Assembly (NCBI GenBank): GCA_903926385.1
Contig: CAIYIS010000007.1
Coordinates: 71,614 to 135,613 of the forward strand
DNA length: 64,000 bases
Direction of reading: 5' to 3'
Source of the DNA: an uncultured Bacteroidota bacterium
GTDB lineage: Bacteria > Bacteroidota > Bacteroidia > 2-12-FULL-35-15
The notes under the pieces are model-generated. The model did no database searches. It was not told where the DNA came from and was given only the letters and a program-made list of their open reading frames with translations. Below, one piece after another: positions 28,057-37,473 of this stretch. How positions within the stretch are numbered: the stretch's first letter is position 1; each line of letters opens with the position of its first letter. A program made the position numbers and the translations under genes.

Positions 28057-30324
28057 TTATTTAGCCAAAATTTTCATGGCATCTTTTACCGGTATTAGTT
28101 CATCTTTATTATAGGCTACCAGAAAGGCATCTTTTATTCCAAAGTTTTTTTTGATTTCTTCTTTATAATCTTTGGCTTGTTTGTAGTCTGTGAAAGCACC
28201 TACCAGATAACGCAAATTTCCTTCGTTGTCTTTCTGAGCTTTTACATTATTCATTTTTTTGAACACTGCTTGTAAATCTGCCGGAGGTAAACCTTTAAAC
28301 TTGCCTACCTGTATTTTTATAAACACTTCGTTTTTGTTGGCGTGCATCACTGTGGAATCTTCTTCCACCACCATTGGTTTTAGTTCGTCAGCCAAAATAG
28401 GTGTTACTCCTGCTTCTTTCATGGTAATGCGCACACCGTCTTTGTAAGCGGTTACATAAGTGCCTTCATAACCTTTGTCAGTAAGTTCGTTTTTGTAAGA
28501 ATTGGCTTCTTCGTAATTTTTGTAAGAACCACTGGTGTAACGATACACTCCGTCTTCCATTTGAATTTCTACTACATTATTAATATCGTTCAAAACTGAT
28601 TTTGGCAATCGTTCTTTAAATGCACCAATCTGAATACGAAATACAATGCCCGGAGTTTTAATGTCGGTGTAAGGGTAGTAATCTTTTTCGGTAAGTTTTT
28701 CGTTATCTTTATAATTCCTGAAAAGTGTTTTTTTCTTTACAGGTTTTGTTGTACGGCCTTGTAGTTTGGTTAGAGCTGCTTTGTTATCGTCAGCGTTATC
28801 GGCCAATGCATTTACATCTTCAGGAGTTTCTTCAGTGGTGGTACCGTTGGAGTTCTTATGTTTAATTTTCTTAGGATACGGACTGTAAAATTTTCCATGT
28901 TGTTTTAAAACCACACGTGCTTTACTAAATCCAATGGCAATCATTTCCAGTTTTCTTTTCTCGGCATATTCAAGAATATGAAAATCGCCTGCTGTGTACA
29001 TAGCAGTGTTTGGGCTAATTTCGTTAGTTCCCAAATCAGGAATGCTTAATAAAATATTCATAAGTGGTACCGGAATATTTTCGCGATAGGTTCCCAAATC
29101 GACCATATACTGTTTTTTGTAAAATTCGTCGTAGGCTGTTTGCTCGTTGTGGGTATGAACCACTCTTGGATTGTATTCTCCAGTAGAATCCATGTAAACC
29201 AAGTATTGACGGGCCTGAAGAGAATCGTTTAGAGTGACACCTCTTAAATCTACAATTGCCTCTTTAGCCGACTCGGGCTCGTCATCTTTAAAATTAGGCA
29301 CATTGTCCAAATCTCCGTCAAGAGGGCAACCCTTGCTGTTTACCGAAACACCGTGAGGAGTACCGGGACAATCGTCTCTGAAATCGGGAACTTTATCACC
29401 ATCTTCGTCTGCTTTTTCGAATGAACGCATCAGTTTATAATCCGCATCTTTCACTTTTCCGAAGGTATAACTCAACGAAACAGACGACATCATATAGTTA
29501 TCTTTTTTACTGTTTCCGGCTCTATTTCCAATGCTGCTTGCAGTAATTCCATCAATGTAATCGGTAGAAGTGAAATGCATCACAGCTCCCATTTTAAACT
29601 TTAAATTATCTGTCAAGTTGAATAAAATACCGGCTCCAACAGGCAAGGCAAACGCAGTGGTGGGGTAACTGCCAAAACCATCTGCATTTGATGCTCGTAT
29701 ATCAGTTTCAAATTTATAATCTCGCTGAATAATGACAGCATTGGTAGCATTAACATCGTTTTGGTCTAGGTTTCGGATGGTGCCGTCTGACCAGTAATGA
29801 TAAGCTATTCCGTTTTTGTCAAACAAATCTGTTTTAGAAGAAAATTGAAATGCTTCGAAACCTAAGGAAATAAAAGGGCTAGCAATGCGATCTTTTTTGA
29901 GGAAGTTACCGAAATCGTATTGAACATTTATTCCTCCAGAAGTTATTTGCGATTCGAAATTAAGGTTTCTATTGTTTGCGGCAAAGCGTTCGTTGGCCGA
30001 TAATTTTCCGTAAAGAAAGAAGATGTTTACATCCAGGTAATCGGTAATAGCGTGTCCGAGATTGGCTTCCAAAGCCATTTTACTTACGGTTGGAGAAGTA
30101 AAATGCTTGTCGTACATATCACCGTAAAAAGAAAGCATACCAATACCAGCACCAAACTTAGGACGAAAATAAAACTTCTTTACAGGTTTATCATCAGCTG
30201 CCACATAGTTGTGAGCAGCAGAATAACGAGCAGCCGAATCGGCCGGAGATGTCGAACCATTCTGGGAAACAGCAATACTGCTGATAAGTAAGAAAAGAAA
30301 AATATATTTTATTTTCAAAAACAT
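28057..30324 (-). CDS. outer-membrane beta-barrel-domain protein with thrombospondin type 3 (Ca-binding) repeats and three SPOR-like C-terminal repeats
   Basis: Signal peptide; N-terminal roughly 300-aa domain paralogous to that of 32406-33722; DxDxDG-type TSP3 repeats (DEDGDKVPDFRDDCPGTP...); three copies of a ~70-aa unit (..IQIGAF..., ..IQVGKF..., ..LVGAF...) resembling SPOR domains. Confidence 0.6.
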   Translation of the reverse strand: MFLKIKYIFLFLLISSIAVSQNGSTSPADSAARYSAAHNYVAADDKPVKKFYFRPKFGAGIGMLSFYGDMYDKHFTSPTVSKMALEANLGHAITDYLDVNIFFLYGKLSANERFAANNRNLNFESQITSGGINVQYDFGNFLKKDRIASPFISLGFEAFQFSSKTDLFDKNGIAYHYWSDGTIRNLDQNDVNATNAVIIQRDYKFETDIRASNADGFGSYPTTAFALPVGAGILFNLTDNLKFKMGAVMHFTSTDYIDGITASSIGNRAGNSKKDNYMMSSVSLSYTFGKVKDADYKLMRSFEKADEDGDKVPDFRDDCPGTPHGVSVNSKGCPLDGDLDNVPNFKDDEPESAKEAIVDLRGVTLNDSLQARQYLVYMDSTGEYNPRVVHTHNEQTAYDEFYKKQYMVDLGTYRENIPVPLMNILLSIPDLGTNEISPNTAMYTAGDFHILEYAEKRKLEMIAIGFSKARVVLKQHGKFYSPYPKKIKHKNSNGTTTEETPEDVNALADNADDNKAALTKLQGRTTKPVKKKTLFRNYKDNEKLTEKDYYPYTDIKTPGIVFRIQIGAFKERLPKSVLNDINNVVEIQMEDGVYRYTSGSYKNYEEANSYKNELTDKGYEGTYVTAYKDGVRITMKEAGVTPILADELKPMVVEEDSTVMHANKNEVFIKIQVGKFKGLPPADLQAVFKKMNNVKAQKDNEGNLRYLVGAFTDYKQAKDYKEEIKKNFGIKDAFLVAYNKDELIPVKDAMKILAK

Positions 30325-30407
30325 TCGCAAATGTAAACAAAAAACCCAATCTAACATTTCGTTGACCTGAATGCTAAATTGGGCTTAAAAGTACTATTAT
30401 TTGTTTA

Positions 30408-32339
30408 CTACTTATACCATTTTTGGCTGGTAATCATTAGTGCCTCTTGAACAGTAATACGTTTTCCTTGATTATAGGCAGTTACCCAAGCATCAGAAAC
30501 ACCTTTAGTTTTTATTTGGTCGCGTGCATCATGAGCTTCTTTATATACTTTATGCGAACCAACCACATATTTAGTAAATCCATCAGCCATTTCAGTGTTT
30601 ACTTTTTGTTTGATATTGTATAAAGAAGCTAAACTTTCAGCTGTTCTTGCATTGCGCAATGCTGCTATCTGAACACTATACGAAACATTACCCTGAGGAG
30701 AAGGTATAGTGGAAGCAGATAATTCAGGAACTTTAGGTTCAGGAGCTGATTTAACAGCAGCCACTTCTGGTTCCGCTTTTTTGATTTCAGCAGGAGTTTC
30801 TGTTTTTACAACAGGAGGAGTTACTTCCGTAGTTTCTTTGTTGACTAATGGCTCAGCTATTTTGGTTACAGCAGGAGGAGGAGTAACAGCTGTTGATTCT
30901 GTAACAGGTGTAGGAGGTGTTACTACTGGTTGCTCGTTAGTGTTAGCAGGAGTATTAGCATTTGCAACAGCAGGAGTTGAACCAGCTACAAGTATATTTA
31001 CATTACTAGTGGCAACCACAGATCTTTTTGTTTCATCGTTTTCGATATAGGAAAATGAACCATCAATAGGCTGCATTCCGCTTGTACCTGAAACAATATC
31101 TACTTTATAAGATATTTTAAAAGTAGGAGTAGTAGGTAACGACACCCACACAAATTTTATTTTTCCATCAATAAACGAGAATGAAGCACCTGCAGATTCT
31201 TTAGCAGAGGCAACTAATCCACCCGGTAAGGTTTCGATATACTTTGCAAATCCTCCAATATTACCTTTGTTAATTGTTATTTCAACATTGAAAGACGATT
31301 CGGATACACTTTCAGGAACATTTCGGGTACAAACAACTGAAGAAGCTTCAGGGCCTGTAGTAGCCGCAGGAGGAGGTGTAGGAGTTACATTAGTTGTTTC
31401 AGGAGCCTTTGTTGTAGGAGTTTCTGTTACAGCCGAAGGTGGTTGATAAGCAACTGCTGGTTCTGGCACTTTTGTAGCCACTGCGGGAGGAACAACAGTG
31501 TTTGTTGCAGGTGTTTCTGTAGTTGTAACCGGAGGTTCTGTTGGAGTAACTGTTTCTGTAGCGACTGCTGCAGGAGCATTTCCTTTCAAATCTTTTGTTA
31601 ATACCACTATATCTTTCGAGTCTTTATAGTTTGCTTTCGATTTTAGTCCTACCATATGAGTATCGGTTTCTTCTAAAGCTACCATACATTCTTTGTCAAT
31701 TGATAATTTGGAGAAAAGGAAAAAGCCTGTTGTATCGGTTATGGTACTCTGAATTACTTCACCTGAGGCATTTTTTAATAATACTTTCAAATTAGAAATT
31801 GGAGCATCTTTGTCGTCAAAGTAATTTCCGGAAACGGAAACAAGACTATTTTTATCTGTATTTGCTGGAGGAGTTACTACAGGAGGCGCACTAACAACCG
31901 GAGCTGGTTTTGCTTCTATATTAATAGTAACAGGAGAAATTTCTACTTGTTGTTTTACATTATTCACTACATAAGCAAACTTTCCGGCAATAAATTTATC
32001 ACCCGGAACAATACTTCCGTCAACTTTTATTTTATAGGATATTTTCATCTCTTTATCGTTTGGCATAGCCATCCAGATAAATTTTACCGAATTATTCGAA
32101 AAAGTAAAAGACGCACCATCAGTAGCACCGGCAGTTGCTTCAAAACCATCAGGTAGTTCCTGCTGAAGCTTAGCAAAGCCATCGGCATCTCCTTTCTTAA
32201 TCACTAACTCAACGGTAAATTCACTACCCACCTTAGCGCTTCCCTGTGCTTTTTGTGTAATGGTAATACCATCAGCGAAAAAAAACTGATAAATCAACAA
32301 TGCGAATGTGTTGAATAATAATAAAAGATATTTTATCAT
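30408..32339 (-). CDS. cell-surface protein with two ~100-aa repeated domains, Pro/Thr-rich linkers and a C-terminal SPOR-like domain
   Basis: Duplicated domain (..GSEFTVELVIKKGDADGFAKLQQELPDGF.. / ..SSFNVEITINKGNIGGFAKYIETLPGGL..), long PT-rich spacers, and a YSVQIAALRN...AWVTAY SPOR-like terminus. Confidence 0.55.
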   Translation of the reverse strand: MIKYLLLLFNTFALLIYQFFFADGITITQKAQGSAKVGSEFTVELVIKKGDADGFAKLQQELPDGFEATAGATDGASFTFSNNSVKFIWMAMPNDKEMKISYKIKVDGSIVPGDKFIAGKFAYVVNNVKQQVEISPVTINIEAKPAPVVSAPPVVTPPANTDKNSLVSVSGNYFDDKDAPISNLKVLLKNASGEVIQSTITDTTGFFLFSKLSIDKECMVALEETDTHMVGLKSKANYKDSKDIVVLTKDLKGNAPAAVATETVTPTEPPVTTTETPATNTVVPPAVATKVPEPAVAYQPPSAVTETPTTKAPETTNVTPTPPPAATTGPEASSVVCTRNVPESVSESSFNVEITINKGNIGGFAKYIETLPGGLVASAKESAGASFSFIDGKIKFVWVSLPTTPTFKISYKVDIVSGTSGMQPIDGSFSYIENDETKRSVVATSNVNILVAGSTPAVANANTPANTNEQPVVTPPTPVTESTAVTPPPAVTKIAEPLVNKETTEVTPPVVKTETPAEIKKAEPEVAAVKSAPEPKVPELSASTIPSPQGNVSYSVQIAALRNARTAESLASLYNIKQKVNTEMADGFTKYVVGSHKVYKEAHDARDQIKTKGVSDAWVTAYNQGKRITVQEALMITSQKWYK

Positions 32340-32405
32340 GATATTTTGGTTTTGGTTTTACTTAATTGTTTTGTTGTTTTTATTTTACTTGTTATTAATT
32401 TTAAT

Positions 32406-33722
32406 TTATTGTTCAAAGAAAAAGTCAATCAGATCATTCAGTTTTTCAACAGTGAAACTAGAGTCACCATCAAAGAAGCTGTCTATCGCACCTGTTATTT
32501 CATCCGTTGAAATAAATCCATCATTATTTTTATCTGCAGGTTTTAAAGTTCCAGGTATTTTAGACAGAGCTCCAGAGTTGTTTTTGTTTTCCTGTTTTGT
32601 TTTGTTTTCAACTTCGTAGAGATAAGCCAATGTTGGGTTATCGTATAATAACTTGCTTCTTTCAGTTGCAACCGAATCAAATTGCATCTGACGAGCAGCT
32701 AATGTAGAATCGGAAAGAGCACTGCCAAATTCGTCTACTACAGCTCCTGGGGCAGTATACGGGTCTCTGTCTTTAAAATTAGGAACACCATCTTCATCCG
32801 AATCCCAAGGGCATCCAAATGGATCAGTCTTAACACCTTTCGGAGTTCCGGGGCAACGGTCATCTTTATCTTTTATACCATCACCATCGGTGTCCATTTT
32901 GTCTAGAGCCGAAAAATCAACAGCTTTATATTGAGGGCGGCTGTCGTCTTCCATTTTACCGAAATTATATTGAAGAGCAAAATGTGTGAACAAATATTTA
33001 TCGTTTCTTCCGGTTTTTACATTATCAATCCAATCCGTCATAGTAACATAATAAGTGGCTCCCAGATTAACATCTATATTATAAGCAAGTTTTAATTTAA
33101 CCCCTAAACCAAGCGGAAAGGAAAGAGAGCTTCGTTTATAATTAATCAATGAATCTTTTAATTGTGTTTCGTAAGTGTAATCTCTTTTTAATTCTACCGA
33201 TTGGAAATAGTTGGGAGCCGATTCGTCAATATCGCGAATAGAACCATCTCTCCAATAATGATAAGGTCTGCCCTGAGCATCGGTTAAATCTCCGTGCGGA
33301 TCGAATTTCAAAAATCCGATACCGGCTAAAACATAAGGAGCCATTATACTGTTACGTTTTAATAAATAGTCGTTATCAAAATGAGCAACTACACATAAAT
33401 CGGCTTGTATTATTTTTGATTCGAAGTTCAAGTTACTGCTTTGAGAACTTTCGTTGTCAGAAAGTTTACCATATAAACCAGAAAGCGATACTCCTAAATA
33501 TTTGCCTATTCTTTCTTCAACAGTAAGATTCATACCGCTTCTCATTTTAGAGAACTTGCTTAATTTTATTCCGTTTCCTAAATCTCCGTCAAAGGTTAGT
33601 ATTCCAACACCCAAAGCAGCAGACGGGAGTTGTTTAGCCTTCTCAGGAGTTGTTATTTCCTGTGAATTGATTGCTCCAATCAACACACACTGAAAAACTA
33701 ATGCAAATAAATATTTTGTCAT
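32406..33722 (-). CDS. outer-membrane beta-barrel-domain protein with thrombospondin type 3 repeats (paralog of 28057-30324)
   Basis: Signal peptide MTKYLFALVFQCVLIGAINSQ, a paralogous barrel-like domain, and TSP3 repeats (DTDGDGIKDKDDRCPGTPKG..DSDEDGVPNFKDRDP). Confidence 0.6.
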   Translation of the reverse strand: MTKYLFALVFQCVLIGAINSQEITTPEKAKQLPSAALGVGILTFDGDLGNGIKLSKFSKMRSGMNLTVEERIGKYLGVSLSGLYGKLSDNESSQSSNLNFESKIIQADLCVVAHFDNDYLLKRNSIMAPYVLAGIGFLKFDPHGDLTDAQGRPYHYWRDGSIRDIDESAPNYFQSVELKRDYTYETQLKDSLINYKRSSLSFPLGLGVKLKLAYNIDVNLGATYYVTMTDWIDNVKTGRNDKYLFTHFALQYNFGKMEDDSRPQYKAVDFSALDKMDTDGDGIKDKDDRCPGTPKGVKTDPFGCPWDSDEDGVPNFKDRDPYTAPGAVVDEFGSALSDSTLAARQMQFDSVATERSKLLYDNPTLAYLYEVENKTKQENKNNSGALSKIPGTLKPADKNNDGFISTDEITGAIDSFFDGDSSFTVEKLNDLIDFFFEQ

Positions 33723-34287
33723 TTTTAGACCGATTAATTTATTATATGTATTCGTTTGTACCAAGGGGTATTTGTTTTTCTTGGACAAATCTATTCCTAA
33801 ATGAAGTAGACTTTTCACCTGCTACTTTTGTAATTGCAAACATCAATATGTTGATAACCGCTTTTTTGGTTTTTTATTATTTGTATGCTTGTTTGTGAAT
33901 AAAACTGCTTTGTAGTGTCAGTAAAATAAGGCATAGTCATGTTTTTGATTAGATGTGGAAATAAAAGAAATAAACACGTTATTAACAATTTTGTTTTAAT
34001 AACTATTGACCTGTATTTTTAAAACACGAATTGAGAAAAACAAAAAAAGAGAAGCGGAGATGAGTTCCTTAAATTTGGTGTTTTTTAAGAAAGCACGATT
34101 TTATTTCATTTCTTTTCGTGCGAAAAGTAAAACCGGAGCCTGCCTTTTTTTCTTATATAATTAGGGTAATGAAAAAAATAAATTATTCATGATTCTGTTT
34201 CCTAAAGAAAAAAAAGAAATGTTAGGAATATGAACATGTTGTTTGAAATGTTTAAGAAGGGCTTCCAGATTCTCCTCCGAATTTTGA

Positions 34288-37200
34288 ATGAACAAAGATT
34301 GTATTCAAGAAAAAATATACGAATTTGTATTTGAAACATTTTTATGCGTACATTTAGCATCGAATTTGAGTAAATCTAATCTAAAAACTTTTAAGAAATT
34401 GAAAAAACAATTACTACTACTACTTGTCTGTATAATTAATGGTTTTGCACTAAGTGCTCAGTCGTTTCAGTTGTTTACAGAAGATTTTGAATCCACCAAT
34501 GCTTTTACCCTTAACACACCTGGACCCGGTTCTTCATCTGGTAATAACAGATGGACAGTAACCAACAATTATACAGGAGTTCCTTTATACAACAATACCA
34601 TGAGTGAGGATAGTACTTATAGCGGTTCCATTGCATTTGCACCTCACAGTAAATATCTTCATATTTATGATTCATTTTCGGGTATTACTAATGCTAATTA
34701 TGATGCTACAACAGTGTCTGACAATTTTTCATGTCTTACCAACGGCTTGTGTACATTGGGAATGGATAGTGTTCATTTTATTTTTTATTACCTGTGCGAA
34801 GGCTCTGCAAATGCTCATGGAGAAGTTTATTATAGTATAAATGGTGGTCCTTGGATCCAAACAGGACAAGCTCAGTATAAGAATAAATACAAATGGCAAT
34901 ACGAAGACATTACTGACCCAGCATTCAGTAATCAAACCAACTTGCGTTTTGGTTTCAGATGGTTAAACGGGAGCGGTACTCCTCCTTCTAACGAATCTTT
35001 TTCTATAGATGATATAGATGTTGCAGCCAGTTACGGAAGCAATACAGGAAATCCGGTTACATGTACTGTTGACAGTGTCGTTCCGAATCCGGTGTGTCAA
35101 GGTAACTATATTTATATTTATTGGCACTTGTCGGATACTTTATGTGACGGAAGTTATACCATTCAACTTTCAAATTCAGGCGGTACTTTTCCGGGAGCAA
35201 ACGCTTGGATATTTAATGTGTATTATCCTCAAACTAGCGGTGTAATGGTTATTCAGTTACCAAATACTGTACTTCCCGGAAGTTGTTATAAAATACGAAT
35301 CAATCGAACCACTCCTCTCCCTGCCATCACAGGAATCGCCAGTGCATGTTATTCAATAATTGCTTGTCCTAATACCATTTCCACACTCCAACCTGTCGTC
35401 ACCATGGATACAAATGCCGTCTGTATAGGTAGTGCTATTGATATTCCATTCTGGTCGGAAGGTGTGTATCTTATTGGCAATTCATACACAGCTCAGCTGT
35501 CCGATTCAAACGGAGTTTTCCCGAGTTCTCCAACTATAATAAATGCTTCGTTTGATCACAATACCTATTCACCAGTTCTTCCCCCTTATCAGCCAGGGTC
35601 AGTTTCAGGTATAGTACCAACAGTGACACCTGGGTGCAATTATTATATCCGTGTTGTTTCCAATAACCCTACTGCAATCGGGACCCCCTATGGACCTTTC
35701 TGCATTCGGCAGTGTGATATAGAAACCAACAACAACACGGATCTTCATTTTTGTGTAACCGATTGTTCTGTGCTTCCTCTTGGGCAGAACACGACAATAC
35801 CGGTTGGTACAAATACGTTTGATTCCACCATGACAGGAGCGGTGTATGGGTTTGGGAATATTTTCAAATCTCAATTAATGAGCAGTATGACATTTGCTCA
35901 GATTGGTTCGGACGGGATACTAGGCCATGTAGCAGCCACACACGACACCATAATGCCTATTCATGCTCCTTGTAAAGATAGTTTAGCTATTAATCCTCCT
36001 TATGGAATTCCGCTTGGAATGAATTATATGAGAGCAATTGCAACGAACACCACTCAGCCGGATAATGCATTGGGTAGTTTGGTAAGAGTTACCATTGGAG
36101 CTACGCATTCTGTGGGGCCTTCTGTAGACTGTTTGAACTACACCACATTTATGCCGCAAGATACTTTTTGTTTAGGCGATCAGATATATCCTGAGTTTTC
36201 GCCTTATAATTATTTTGATAATTCCACTTATCAATGGATTATAAGCGGATTCAATAATGGCAATCCTTTTTCAAATCTTCAGGGCGCTAATTCAAACAAT
36301 ACTGGTTATGCATTCAATTTTCAACCGGGAACTTATACTTTTTCTGTTCTGGAAACCAATAACGGATGTATAGGACAATGGGGACCTGTTAAAACAATTG
36401 TGGTACTTGGGCCTCCAAGTGTTGCTATTACCGGACCAAATGTAATTTGTTTGGGCGACACCGTTCATTATTCGATACCCGCACAAGGTGTGGTTACACT
36501 GGGTGTTTGGAATAGCACTAATTCAAATGGACATTTAATTAATTCAACCAATACAGAAACTAATGCAATCGGTCAATCTACCGGTACATTTTTACTAACT
36601 GTGCAAGCGGTTAATACATGTGGTTCGGCTTCGAATTCACGAAGCATTACTGTAAAACCATATCCGAATGCTAATGCTGGAAATGATACTACTGTTTGTG
36701 TCAATCAGCCGATAACCCTGAGTACACCTACAGGAACAGGTTATATGTACAATTGGGTAACGGGAGGTACTACTGTAAATTCAACACATAGTTTTACGGT
36801 TAATCCGGTATCTACTTCCACTTATGTTGTTACCGTTTCAGTTTCGGGAGGATGTAAAACAAGAGATACGGTGGTGGTAAATGTGCAAACTCCTACCGGA
36901 GTTGCATTTCCTGAAAACGTTTGTCCATTAGGTAATAATCCGATTACATTGGCTGCCGACAGTTCCGGAAGTAGTTATTACTGGTTGCCGGGAGGACAAA
37001 CAACTCCAAGTATTTCGGTAAACGATACGGGTGTTTATTCGGTAGCGATAACAATGCCTGGAAGAGCTTGTGCAAGAGTTGTTACATTTAATGTGGCTCC
37101 CGAACCATGCCCTCAGGATTTGGTGTTAGCTATGCCTAATGTATTTTCGCCAGAAGGAAATGGTGTGAATGATTTTTTCACTCCAATTACTACTGGTGCT

Positions 37201-37398
37201 TATGCTGACTTTAAAGTAAAAATATACGACCGTTGGGGATTGCTGGTGTTCGAATCTGCCGACCCTTTCTTTAAATGGGATGGTACACACAAAGGAAAAA
37301 AATGCCCGGATGGTGTTTATTATTACATTGTAAATTATTTGCAAACTGGAAAAGATAGTCAGAGTCAAAGCGGATTCATAACCTTAATAAGAAAATAG
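34288..37398 (+). CDS. large secreted adhesin-like protein with T9SS type B (gliding-motility-associated, CHU_C-type) C-terminal domain
   Basis: The C-terminal ..FSPEGNGVNDFF...YDRWGLLVFES...KWDGT...GVYYYIV motif set is characteristic of the type B sorting domain. The upstream region has Cys-containing Ig/SprB-like repeats. The true start is probably internal (the signal peptide is near aa 40-58). Confidence 0.75.
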   Translation: MNKDCIQEKIYEFVFETFLCVHLASNLSKSNLKTFKKLKKQLLLLLVCIINGFALSAQSFQLFTEDFESTNAFTLNTPGPGSSSGNNRWTVTNNYTGVPLYNNTMSEDSTYSGSIAFAPHSKYLHIYDSFSGITNANYDATTVSDNFSCLTNGLCTLGMDSVHFIFYYLCEGSANAHGEVYYSINGGPWIQTGQAQYKNKYKWQYEDITDPAFSNQTNLRFGFRWLNGSGTPPSNESFSIDDIDVAASYGSNTGNPVTCTVDSVVPNPVCQGNYIYIYWHLSDTLCDGSYTIQLSNSGGTFPGANAWIFNVYYPQTSGVMVIQLPNTVLPGSCYKIRINRTTPLPAITGIASACYSIIACPNTISTLQPVVTMDTNAVCIGSAIDIPFWSEGVYLIGNSYTAQLSDSNGVFPSSPTIINASFDHNTYSPVLPPYQPGSVSGIVPTVTPGCNYYIRVVSNNPTAIGTPYGPFCIRQCDIETNNNTDLHFCVTDCSVLPLGQNTTIPVGTNTFDSTMTGAVYGFGNIFKSQLMSSMTFAQIGSDGILGHVAATHDTIMPIHAPCKDSLAINPPYGIPLGMNYMRAIATNTTQPDNALGSLVRVTIGATHSVGPSVDCLNYTTFMPQDTFCLGDQIYPEFSPYNYFDNSTYQWIISGFNNGNPFSNLQGANSNNTGYAFNFQPGTYTFSVLETNNGCIGQWGPVKTIVVLGPPSVAITGPNVICLGDTVHYSIPAQGVVTLGVWNSTNSNGHLINSTNTETNAIGQSTGTFLLTVQAVNTCGSASNSRSITVKPYPNANAGNDTTVCVNQPITLSTPTGTGYMYNWVTGGTTVNSTHSFTVNPVSTSTYVVTVSVSGGCKTRDTVVVNVQTPTGVAFPENVCPLGNNPITLAADSSGSSYYWLPGGQTTPSISVNDTGVYSVAITMPGRACARVVTFNVAPEPCPQDLVLAMPNVFSPEGNGVNDFFTPITTGAYADFKVKIYDRWGLLVFESADPFFKWDGTHKGKKCPDGVYYYIVNYLQTGKDSQSQSGFITLIRK

Positions 37399-37405
37399 TC
37401 ACTTG

Positions 37406-37430
37406 TTATTTGTTTTTCCCCCTCTCGAGT
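37406..37430 (+). terminator. GC-rich hairpin immediately after the 37398 stop (terminator-like; same CCCTCTC/GAGAGGG family)
   Basis: CCCCCTCTC-gagtga-GAGAGGGGG perfect 9-bp stem; the T-tract is weak. Confidence 0.3.
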
Positions 37431-37473
37431 GAGAGAGGGGGAAACTATTTTGATAGGGTTAAATAAAACAAAG

